From NCBI GenBank assembly GCA_002269645.1, contig NIVC01000976.1:62001-126000 (forward strand): a DNA stretch of 64,000 nucleotides, written 5' to 3'. This DNA comes from Macrostomum lignano. Taxonomy: Eukaryota. Positions 50,031 to 61,891 of the stretch are shown here, in pieces (positions within the stretch are counted from its first letter, which is position 1; the number at the start of each line of letters is the position of its first letter). The position numbers and the translations under genes were made by a program. The notes under the pieces were generated by a model. That model saw only the letters and a program-made list of their open reading frames with translations, searched no databases and was not told the origin of the DNA.

Positions 50031-51248
50031 ATTTTTTAAGAAACGAAAGGACAAATAACTCTCAGAAAGTGAAGGAAATTCTTGGAAACGAAGAAGTGGC
50101 TGACAATTCTTAGCAAACGAAAATGGAGATGATGTTCTTGGAAAGTAAGAGATAGGCGATTCTTAGAAATATTAGGCAGGTGAAAGGATTTTTATAGAAT
50201 TCTACTGCTACTGGTGCTTATTAAATAAAAATTCAAAAAGAGAACTGTAAATCCTGGAAAGATTACCAAACAGTTGACGGATTTAATCCGTTACGCATTT
50301 AATGCAATAAAATAAAATACAGATTATTGATTAGCTAAGAAATGTAAACTCACACAACCCGAACTTCTTCAATGCAAAAAACAGACGAGTATATTGTTGA
50401 ACAATTTATTATTGAATAAGACTAAAATCTGTACTGCTATAGCACTACATAGTAAAACAAAAAAGATTGGCAGAGCTAGTTAGTAAAAAAACTAAAAGAA
50501 ATCTACTGAAGAAAAGGTAGACAGGCACAGGTATCTGTGCAAAATGAAAGAGAAATTCTGCTTGGCAACAAGTAGCAACCTCTGGCGCAGAAATTGTCAG
50601 CTACAGAAAAGAACAATATAAAAATGACAGGTTAAAAAAAGCTCACTTGTGATTGGCCACACTATCGCCTTCCCTGGAGTCTTTGTTTTAACGAATACAT
50701 TATATAAATCTAAGCTGTGCGATATAGCTTTGCTCTGTTTGTCTGTCTGTCCCTCTCCAGGCCCATAGGCTCACACTACGCAAGTTTATTCACATAGATA
50801 TCAACACAGACCTTCTATCCCAGCTGCATCGAGTTTGAAAGCAGCGCGAAAATTCTGTTCATGTCCCGAGTCTACTACTACTACTACTAAACTTAGATTT
50901 TATCATCATATATATAATATTTTGGTTTAGCACACCAAGCAAACCCACCCAGCCAATAGGCGATGAATAAAACCGAGAACTAAAAAGAGAAGTTGATCTG
51001 ATAGCTGTCAATAGAATGAGTTCAAAAACACTTGGAAATCTTCATGCTACAGGGCCGCTAGTTGAGATAGCGATTGAGATAGAGATATTGTCTAGCAGTA
51101 GTCTTATACACGGATTTATTAGTCTACAATTTGCGGCCATATACATATTTTTTCTATAAACTATCATAACTAGCAAGCCCTTGCATTTACTAGAAGTAGT
51201 GCTTGAGGCAAATGAGAGCAGGAACTATATTTTAGTCTATGGCCACAG

Positions 51249-52522
51249 TCAGGGACACAGCTGTCTGAGAAGCCAATTATTGTCACCGGCAAATGTAGCA
51301 CTGTCATCAACAGCCAGCTCGCTGCTAGCACTACTGTCAGTAGCGCAGCTAGATGAGTAGTACGCTAAGCACACAGCCGAGCAAGACTCGCCAGACAGAT
51401 CGGATTGATAAAACTCGTAATAAACTGGTTCGAAGTGAACCAACACCATCGAGTCGGGCGGCCGGTTAATGTCCGAACCGTTGTTTGGCAACAGCGCCAG
51501 CCTAGCGGCATCGGCGATTTGGTCAGCCTGACCGGCAGTCAGGGCCCGGCTCTGCCGATCCCCTGCAGCGATGAAGGCCGCCCGGATGGACGGTGGGAAA
51601 CCTTCCGAGAAAAGTGCAGAGGTGCGCACCGGGTCTGAGATTGCGCTGGCCAGGCCTTCAATGCTGACGTAGCGACCGAACTGGTGCCAGCTGTACAGCA
51701 AGGAGGCTCTGGCGTTGCTGCGAAGCTACTGCATCTGCGATGCGGAGGAATTGGCTACTGTGTGGACACAGCACAATGCGGTAGGGCTGCGGGTCTTTTG
51801 CTGGACTTCCGAGGGCTCCAAGAGGACACCAGGGTCTTTCACTGGACTTCCGAGGGCTCCAAGAGGACACCAGGGTCTTTCACTGGAATTCCGAGGGCTC
51901 CAAGAGGACACCAGGGTCTTTCACTGGAATTCCGAGGGCTCCAAGAGGACACCAGGGTCTTTCACTGGAATTCAGAGGGCTCCAAGAGGACACCAGGGTC
52001 TTTCACTGGAATTCCGAGGGCTCCAAGAGGACACCAGGGTCCTTCACTGGAATTCCGAGGGCTCCAGGAGGACACCAGGGTCCTTCACTGGAATTCCGAG
52101 GGCTCCAAGAGGACACCAGGGTCTTTCACACAAAACCTCAGAGTCTTCAATAGTACGTTATAATCTTGTTAAGGACCTCAAGGTCATAAAGTGGACTTAG
52201 TTTATTGTTCTACTAATGACCGCACAATTCAATGAAGCTTTAATGTCATTCTTTAGTGCGCAATAGCACCCACCTTTCTACTACCCCCAACAGTCAGCAT
52301 AAAGAAGCCGGCCGCGCTGCCAACACCATTGAAGATCTGTACAGGTCGCTGCGAAGGCCCGAGAGTTTCGCTGCAGGCGGTTGCTAAAACTGCAATTGAA
52401 GCTGCTCTGCCGGACCTGGCTGAGACTTCCCGCTGCCACTGCTGAAACAGGGTGTAGGGGCTGCCAAAGCCTCGAGCGATGGCATCCTGCGGACACGCCA
52501 GACTGGTCCAACTGGGGTCGGC
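51249..52522 (-). CDS. Last two exons of an unidentified gene, possibly RGS-like domain
   Basis: Open exons 52522-52274 (83 codons, CAG/GT, phase 0) and 51725-51249 splice in frame. The SIRAAFIAAG...ALTAGQADQI...MVLVHFEPVYYEFYQSD pattern resembles the C-terminal half of RGS folds. The 5' exons were not found. Confidence 0.5.
51800..52130. repeat. 41 bp minisatellite in the intron of the RGS-like gene
   Basis: Unit ggaattccgagggctccaagaggacaccagggtctttcact, about 8 copies. Confidence 0.95.
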
Positions 52523-55043
52523 CTGAAGTATTCAGCCTTCATTGTATTATTTTTGTATTATTTAAGCTAGCTTTGGTGATTTTGATTTTTATCTAATGGC
52601 TATCTAATTTTATCTAATGGCATGGCTTCTGAAAGCTCTTACCTAGAAGCTATGGAGATAGTTTCTTTATGAACAATGGCACAACCAAAATTTTGTTAGT
52701 GGGGCAGGGAGCAGATTCTAGAGGGAAAAGACCTAAAATAGGGTGGAGAGGGTGGCTCTGTATTGGAAAAAATGTACTTGGTCTCCCTATTTCATTTTTC
52801 AGGTCTCCACCAAAAGGCTCCTTCTAAATGCAACTAGGGTCCTTTTTAAATATGACTTAGTTTGTTTACTCCATTGTGCAACTTAACTTACTTAGTTTAT
52901 ATTTTTTTGCTATTTGCTTTTTTGTTTTATTTTGCATTTTGGTTCATTCAACAAGAGGGTCCCATCATGTTTTTGAACTTTAGGCACTTGTAACTTTTGA
53001 ACTATAATAGATAGAACAAAGCTTCAAAAAACAGTCTGTGTCAAACTTCTAGTTCTATATTTTTCACATAGCTACTTATGAATTCTAAAACAAATGAACA
53101 CAGCAAAGGCATAAACTATGCCAATGGTCATTTAGTTTCAAAATTTGTTTTTTATTTTAATTTTTTAATTTCTAACTTTAATTGATATCTTTCTACTTCT
53201 TCGTGATCAAAATACAAAATATTTAACTTTTACTTTATATAATTAACTGCCCTAAAAGTTATAACTTATATAATCTAGCAAAAATTTAAATTTATAATTG
53301 TGACCTTATAGGGCCTAATTTCTAGGGCCTAACTTTGATATCTATCTATTTTACTTTTTAATTTTAATGCTAAATATAAATGTATTTTACTTTTACTTAA
53401 AGAAGCTATTATTTTTTATTCAATTGTTCTTTTTGTAGGCTTATTACAAAGCATATAAGACTAAACTTTGTAAAAAATAAATTTATTAAACTTAGTATTC
53501 ACTATAAGTTGATCTTAGACTTGAAATTTGGATTTATATCATTTAGAGTTTTGAATGCTTATAATTCTTAATATAGGCCTAGCTTTGCATTGTAAACCTA
53601 AAGATTTTCATGCTAGACAAAATGACCCAATTCATAAAAAAAACAAATTTATATAAATATTAGCAGATAAAAAAAGTAAAAAACTGGGGCCTAGTATATT
53701 TTCAAAAATATTGTAACTATAATCTGTCACTATCAGTCTTTTAAAAAATATTTTTTTTAAACTTTGGCTTTGCATTACTCTTGTCTTAAAACAAGTAAAA
53801 ACAGGCCAACTACTAGTATTACTTATATGTTGCATAATCTATCAGCTGTATGATAGGCTATACTATTAAAGTACAAATATTAAACTTAAATATAAAAGAA
53901 AACCCCTGTCTCATGTGACATGACAATTTATATCTAGTATATAATAATAATAGTAATGAGATAAATAATTTACCCTAGTTACAACTTGATATTTGTTTTT
54001 TTAACAAAAGTAAAGCCTTAGCCCTTAGGCTTAGGCTAGGTTTTTTGGGCCATATAGGGTTTTTTAGACCCTTGAAATTGAAAATATCATTAGCAACTGG
54101 ATTTTTTGGCATTAAAGGCCAATCTAGCAATTTTTTTGTACCAGTTTCCAATTTTACAAAATGATTTTGCAAATGTAATAAAAGTGGAAAGTGCCATATA
54201 AATAAATATGTAGGCCTAAGAATGCTCAATTTGAGTTCATGTGCATTTCTATTATTTTTTCTTTCTTTCACTCTGCATTAACCCTTACCCCTACATATAG
54301 TCTTGCAAAATATAGATTTGTTTCCAATCGGCTACAAATGTGTAAATAATGAGCTCTAACTAATAGAGTACTTAGTGCCTACCCTGTCCCTGTTAGCAAA
54401 ATTTGATTGGTTAGGATTTTCTAAGCTACATTTTTCACCCTGCCCTCCTTCCCCCAACACAATCAGTCTATATAATCAAGCAAACTGACATGCAAATAAA
54501 TCAAGAGTTTTTTAACTAATGAAGTCTCTGGAAATTCAAAATCCAGAATATGCAACTACAAATATCATGGAATTGTTAGTTTTTAATTGTTTATAGCATA
54601 GATAGCAATCTTAGAATTAAGAGAACAAATTTCTGCTTTTTAAATGCAGCCTTGGAAATGGCGCATGCATGACCAAGATAGACACACACCAAGATAGCCA
54701 CAGCTTTAAGTGTCTAAATAGATAATAATAAGTCTAGGTCTATATATTTCACTTATTTCCTATTGGTAATAATTAGAGAAATAGATGCTAAAATTGTATT
54801 ACATTAGACCCTTATATTATAGTAATTCCTTTGGCTTTAGCTTTTATTTAGTATATAGGATTATAGCTTGACCTATATATATTTATTCACTACACCAAGC
54901 AAGTAGCCTAACACAAAATAAATACCTTGCCTTGTTGTATATTTATCTTAATTTTTGTATAGCATTACTAGTAGCAATGGTTTCTTAATAAACAGATAGG
55001 CCTAGTGATAGATTTGATAGATGTAATGATAGATAGGGAATAA

Positions 55044-56954
55044 GGCAATCTTCAAGTTTCGTTCGTTAAATTATTTTTTCGATGATTTCTGAATTATCTT
55101 GCTCTGAGATGATTATTTTCGAGTTCTCCAGTGTACCCAGCCCTTTCCTAGTTGAGAAAGTAGCAGTTTTGTTAATATTATATATCTAATGTACCGTAAA
55201 GCCGGAAATATAAGATGCAAACAAGCAAAGCTAACATGTAACGCTGAGTACAAACAGACAGAAATAGTAACACAGTGGGGTACAACAGGGGCAGTAGTAG
55301 CAGTCCAGTTCAGTAGCAACAGTTTAGCACATAGAACTTAATGCTTAGACATTATAGTAATGTGCGATCCAGTATAGGATGTTCCCAAATGGATTGACAG
55401 GGTGCAGACGGCGCCATATGAACTCATCCAGGTAGGTTTCAAACAGGGCCTGTGATGTACCGTGCATTGCCCTTAGCTTGGCCTTGCAGTGTGCCCAGGT
55501 GCCCTCGATTAGGTTTGTATGTACAGTTGCATACATGCGCAACCTCCAAAATTCGGTCGGCCGTGCGACTTAGTTTTTAACAAAATGCGACATAGTTTTT
55601 GGCCAAAAATGCGACTTACATGTGAAAAAACCGTAAAGCAAATTTAACGCAACTTTGGGTAAACGGCAGAAGTAACTATGACTGTCTTATTAAGCCAAAA
55701 TGCCTCGTCAGCTACTTAGTACTACTTAGGAATTTTTTTGGGTGGGCATTTTTGCGACTTCCTTGGTTGGCCGCCAAATCGGTCGGCCGGATCGGCCGAC
55801 TCGGCCGACTGTTGCGCATGTATGTACAGTTGGGTCTAGAGGGTTCACGAAGGCCAATTGGTGGTTCACCACCACATGGTTCTGCAGTTGGCCATAAGCC
55901 TGCCAGCCATCGGTAATAATCCGTGTACCAGGAAGCACATACTGCTGGATGATTGGCAGTAGTGTGGCAGCTGTCCTGTTGGGCACAGCAACTAGGGTTG
56001 CCTTCCTAGAGCCACGCTCAACCATGCCCAACACCCATTGGCCTGGATGATGTGCACCCTGGTGGTACTTACGATGGAAGAAGTACGACTCGTCCACTTC
56101 TACATCCCGGCCAGCACCACCAAGCTGCATCGGATGGTCCAATAGGTATTGGGCACAGACATCCCTGATGAAGTTCTGCCAGTCAACCGTAGACTGGGGA
56201 CTGACCTGGGCTTGACGTGCGCACTCATGCTGCCTGGCATCTGTCGCCTACCAGTAGATGAGGTCCAGTAGCTGACATAGCTTGAGGTGACTCCGTTCAA
56301 AAAAGGACCCCTTTCGGATAGACACCTGCGCATGGCAGTTGGTGCAAGCCCAAGCGTAGCCGTCAGTAAAGCGGTCACCTTGACGGAGCTGCAGCCGAAG
56401 TTGAATGGCCGGACAATTGGCACACACTTGCTGGTTAGCAATTAGATGGTATTTGGCCATCCAATTCATGGTATCCCTTGTTGTTGCCGTAATCACAGCC
56501 AGTTCCCGCATTGTCAAGGCGATGTCGCACAAAGCTGCAGCTGGTTGCACTTGTGCTACTGGTACAATAAAAGTGGGTGCTGCTGGTCGTCCTGGCATAG
56601 TGTATTAGTCTTATAGTGTATTAGCTGCTTGTCTATTAACTGCTTATGATACTACTCCATGCCACTCCTAAAGCTGCGTACAGTAGCATCTTTATTCCCC
56701 ATAGACGTTCTTTGCTAAAATGCCACGTCAGTGAAAGCCACGTCATCATTACGTTACCCTAATATGGGCCATAGACATTCCTTTGCCTACCAACGGCTTT
56801 ACAGTACATTAGAAATATATTATTAACAAAACTGCTACTTTCTCAACTAGGAAAGGGCTGGGTACACTGGAGAACTCGAAAATAATCATCTCAGAGCAAG
56901 ATAATTCAGAAATCATCGAAAAAATAATTTAACGAACGAAACTTGAAGATTGCC
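55044..56954 (-). mobile_element. Merlin (IS1016/IS1595-like) DNA transposon, inactivated
   Basis: ~170 bp TIRs starting GGCAATCTTCAAG and an 8 bp TSD GGGAATAA (55036-55043, 56955-56962). Transposase 56598-55345 with CxxC...CxxC, VEVDES, QWVLGMVER, ITDGWQAY, VNH, HTNLIEGTW, YLDEFIWR. TAG at 56250-56248 and a nested MITE. Confidence 0.95.
55530..55824. mobile_element. 295 bp MITE nested in the Merlin transposase
   Basis: 14 bp TIR CATACATGCGCAAC and an 8 bp TSD TACAGTTG (55522-55529, 55825-55832). Confidence 0.92.
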
Positions 56955-58559
56955 GGGAATAAATTGGCATAAACACTGAAAAAGATTAAAGTTTTTGTAT
57001 TATAGGTAATTACTTTCAAATCTATTATTGCATCAGTATTTATGAATATGATTGATTAAACATAATAATTAATATAACAATAGCTAGGGCCTACTATGTT
57101 GCTAATTAATGATAAAAAGAGAACAGAGCCAGAGATTCAATGTTGTGGCCATCTTGGTATGTGGCCATCTTGGTCTTATACCCTTGGCAATATCCATCTT
57201 CAAGAATTTGACCATTGCCAATGCAATAGGCAACTGAAAATAGGCCTAGCCATTGGCAACTGGATTGCTAACCTAAAAAAATATAGCCCTTAGGCCTATC
57301 ACAATTTTAATAACACTGATGCCAATGCCAGCGATGGTATAGAAATTAGAAGTTAAGTTAGCCCTACGCCTCTACCTACAAGGCTACAACTACTAACTAA
57401 GGCTACAACATAAGTACTATAACTAGGCCTAGTCTAGGCCTAGGCAAACACTAGGCAAACACTAGGCACTCTAGGCACTAAACACTAAACACTAGGCAGT
57501 CTAGGCAAACACTAGTCTAGGCCTAGTGTTTTCTATACTTTAGGACAACTTGGAAAGTGATGAGATTTATCAAATTAAATTTTTTAATTCTCAAAAATAA
57601 CTTAGCTAGGCCTAACTGAAATAATTTTAAAGAAAAACATGGTCATAATAGCCATAGGGCATTAGGCCTATTTCAAGCCAACATATATCCATGTCAACGT
57701 ATCTGTTTCCCCATAAATATTCGTATTGATATTCAATTTGATATTGAATTAATTCATCACGCAGTCAATTAAATTGGTACGTGCATTGAAATTAACGCCT
57801 ACATTTGTATTCGCGCTACATTTTAGTAAGTTAAAAAATGTTTGTATTTTCTTTTAAAAAATTACAGTAGCTAAGCCATTTACTTACCTCAATTATACCG
57901 TGCTGCAAATATAATCGTCATATTTGTTATAAAAAGTGTTTCACATTTATTATCATATAACAAACAGATTGTTTCACATTAATTGAGGCGAAACCAGTTT
58001 CAACCGGAACTGAGTGCGCATCACGTTGGTTTGTTCGTAGTTTAGCATCTTAGTACTCATGACTCTCCTTCTATACTCTTGATTTCAATAGTATACCTAT
58101 AATTGTACATGTAATACTTGGATGTGTAGTTTAATATTTAATAGTAAGTTATTATTACAGGGTTGTTAAGTTATTATACAGACTTCAAGTTGTGCATCTT
58201 GTAGAGTGATAAATTCTGTACAGGATTGGTGAGAAAAAACCTACGTTCAACGAAACATTCTAGGAGCACTACTAGAAGAAACCAGCCTCCAACTATTTTC
58301 TGCATGATTTGGCCAGTTTCCCGTCCCTGTAGTTTTAGTAGTCGCTGGGTTATTCTCTAGATTCAGTTACACGTACATGTACATATAAGTACTAAATTGG
58401 TTACAATCAATCGGCAGCGTGTCATTATCGACATGCGGCGATTATTATAGCTGCATAGGCGCTGGCACAGCTGGGGTCAGCAAAGCACCCGCTGGTGGAA
58501 AACAGCTGAGTCCAGCCTATACTTACCCAGCGCCTGCAAGTCAGAAAGAAAAGTGTCAA

Positions 58560-61030
58560 TCAGTCAGGGTGGTGCAGCGAGCCTGCATGGCCCCACAGTC
58601 CGAGTCTCCCACAGTGCGGGCTGCCAGCAAGTCGGCGAGGGGGGCCGGCGCACCGTGCGCGGGCACAGGCAGTGGCCGATCAATCTGGGCATCGCCTCTA
58701 AGGGTGCATGCGGCCCAGTTAGGGCGGCACGCAGGTCCGGGCCACCAGATCGCTCGGCATCGCTCAGGCGCTCGGGGAAACAGGATGCCAAGGGCATTGC
58801 GTAGGCCGGCCTTGATCCAAACTCGCCTCACGAGTGGCCGCTATGGAAACAGCCTCCAGCCCGTAGGTCAGCCCGTCTCAAGTGCCAAGCAGAAATACGC
58901 GGCGACCTTCAGGCTGTCGGGGTCTACGAAGTTTGCCTGCTGGACGTTTGCCAGCGGACGTTTGCCAGCGGGACGTTTGCCAGCCGATGTTTGCCAGCCG
59001 ACGTTTGCCTGCGGGACGTTTTCCAGCCGACGTTTGCCAGCCGACGTTTGCCTGCGGGACGTTTGCCAGCCGACGTTTGCCAGCCGACGTTTGCTAGCCG
59101 ACGTTTGCCAGCCAACGTTTGCCAGCCGACGTTTGCCTGCGGGACGTTTGCCAGCGGACGTTTGCCAGCGGGACGTTTGCCAGCCGATGTTTGCCAGCCG
59201 ACGTTTGCCTGCGGGACGTTTTCCAGCCGACGTTTGCCTGCGGGACGTTTGCCAGCCGACGTTTGCCTGCGGGACGTTTGCCAGCCGACGTTTGCCAGCC
59301 GACGTTTGCCAGCCGACGTTTGCTAGCCGACGTTTGCCAGCCAACGTTTGCCAGCCGACGTTTGCCTGCGGGACGTTTGCCAGCCGGACATTTGCAGGCA
59401 GCAATTGATTAAAGAATTATGCCGTCTCTAGGCCTACTTGCATTTGAAAACCATGGACATAGCACTAATCTAATTCCACCTCGCTCCCTACTACTGCTAT
59501 TAAATATACAGGTTACTAACAAACTACTGTTCAGGCTTATTGAAGTTATTGCTCTTGTCTGCCTAAATAGAAGGGTATAAAAATACAAAATAGGAGTTTC
59601 CATCGTCACAGTTAATGGATAAATAATCAGTGGTCCCAGTGCGTGACAACGATTGTCAAAGCCATAGACAAATCGTTGTCACGTGCTGCGACCGCTGATT
59701 CTTTGCATTGTTTTTCTATTTGACGATCCTACAGACAATGCATTGCTTGTAGTAATGGATTGTTCTGCATTAAAAATGTGAATAATGATCGTCAAATTGC
59801 TAGACAATGTCTATATTTATGCCATGGAATGGCCCTTTCGATATCAGTGGCCAAACAAGCTTTCGATATCAGTGGCCAAACAAGCTAAGTGTTTACAAGC
59901 TACGAGTAAATGGGAAAAGACTGCAGAATCCATGGTATTGGCTTATAGTCCCGCCTATATCTACGTAACTCAAAAGCCAAACTCTGTTTAACGGAGTTTG
60001 GCCATGACAGCGTGCGCTGCATTGGAATTAATTCGCTTACTTTTGGATCTCCCAATGAACTGGGAAATATATAAGCCAGAATTATTATTCAGCACTTCTT
60101 TTATTTGCTCAAAACTTGGCTCGCTGGAGATTCCCGTTTAAATTTGCGTGTCTTCATTTGCAAATAAAAAATCAAACATCTCAAACTGAGAAAAGCGATA
60201 CAAAACTGTCAGAAGTGAACTTTATAATATTTTCACATTTAAAGAAATTGTTGTTAAACTAGATGCTAGATTGCATGATGAACTGCATAATTTGTATAGA
60301 TTTTGTTTCCGAACTTTTATACATGCGAATAACCGTCAAAAAGTAAGACTAAAAAACCCTTTTTTCAAACCGCTAAACTGCGAATATTTCAGTATCAATT
60401 TTTTCACTCATTGACTTAATGTTGGCTGGCAAACGTCCCGCAGGCAAACGTTGCTATCCCAGGCTGTCGTTTGGGCAGCCGGCGTGTTACATGCAAAAGT
60501 GAAACGAAAAAGGTGGAAAGCCCGCCACGCATTTGAACTGGTTGCACGAGGCGATAGTGCTGTGTGCAGTCGGGTAGAAGCAGCATAGGAGGTGGCAATG
60601 CCAACATGCATCACCTCCGTCTTGCCATAGCTGGATGTGGAGCGCCCAACACGCTTTCTGCGCAACTTCGGGGCTGCATGCAGCAGGAGGTCAGCGCCAG
60701 GTCGTCGGCGTAGCTGCGAGGCAGGTCAACTCGACCTCGACACAGGGAAAGCGTGGGAGCTACGGCGAGGCACCATGTTTCATAGACGCGTCTTCGTCGC
60801 GCAGAGCCGGCCGCAGTCAATAAAGATGACGAATATCTTAGAAATGGAGATAAGGTGTCACCTTGTAGGACCCCGAAGGCGGTGGCAAATTCAGCTTTAG
60901 GGCCACGTGGGTCTGGGCAAAAGCCTTGGACGAGCTGTAGAGGTCCGTGATTTGCCAGCAGCTGAGGAACTCCATTGCTGCCGGAGAGGATCGAGCCATG
61001 CAGGCAAAGGCTGCCCGGCTGACGCGGAGT
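58560..61030 (-). mobile_element. Degenerate RTE-type LINE remnant, split by a DNA element
   Basis: Frameshifted GVLQGDTLSPFL, YADDLAL, KTEVMHVG (60461-61030) and LTYGLEA...RLIGHCL (58560-58919). Confidence 0.65.
58920..60460. mobile_element. 1541 bp non-autonomous Mutator-like element with subterminal tandem array
   Basis: GGG...CCC termini and a 9 bp TSD AGGCTGTCG (58911-58919, 60461-60469). A 14 bp gacgtttgccagcc array at 58935-59400 is mirrored by inverted copies at 60420-60452. Confidence 0.85.
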
Positions 61031-61135
61031 CAAAAGCTTTGCAGAGATCTACAAAGACAATTGACATCGCTTTATGAGTTTCTCAGGTGCCAATGATACA
61101 CCGGATCGCATGCAGCGACTTGTTCCATTTAATTA

Positions 61136-61891
61136 TAGCATTTTCCAAGCCAATTGAGCCTAGGGGCCAGCAATTTAATCCTTATTGGGAGAATCAAGCT
61201 ATTGAAGACTTGTTCTTTATTGTCTATGGCCCATAAAGGGGGTCTATGGAGCAACCAATTTGAGAATCTGGGCACGCTATTAATCCTTTTTACAGTGCTC
61301 GTAAATCCTTCACGAATAACTTCACTGAAATAACGTCTGCAAATAGATGGCATATCAAGAACGATTGACATTAGCACTTTGATTTCAGAGAAACCAATCA
61401 AAACAGGAAGATGCAAAACCATGCATTTTCGTGTCTCTCATCGTGTCTCTCAAAACAGTGTTTTGGACAGATTGAAATACGTCGTAAAACCCGATCAATC
61501 CATCGGCTCAGCACTATCATCTCTCTCGATGGCAGCGACAATCAGGTCGTACTTTTCGTTGCTTATCTTGTGATAGCGTTCTCGCACTGCAGGATTCTGC
61601 TCATCCACTGCATCTTGGGCTGTAGCAGGACTTACGTCACTGCTCTGCTCCCTAAATTCTTCGTCTGCCATATCTACGAGTATGTTTGTCTAATGAAATC
61701 TGTTATTTTCTATGGTCTAAGGCTTGTACAACTTTGGAAAGGATTAATAGCGTGCCAAAATTCTCAAATTGGTTGCTCCATAGACCCCCTTTATGGACCA
61801 TAGACAATGAAAAACAAGTCTTCAATAGCTTGATCCTCCCAATAAGGATTAAATTGCTGGCCCCTAGGCTCAATTGGCTTGGAAAATTCTA
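61136..61891 (-). mobile_element. Internally deleted Tc1/mariner-type element
   Basis: ~160 bp imperfect TIRs flanked by TA. Short internal ORF MADEEFRE...RYHKISNEKYDLIVAAIE is reminiscent of a transposase HTH start. Confidence 0.7.

Noticed and set aside
58419-59408. 329 aa ORF as a gene
   Set aside because: It runs across an antisense LINE remnant, a TSD and a TE tandem array.
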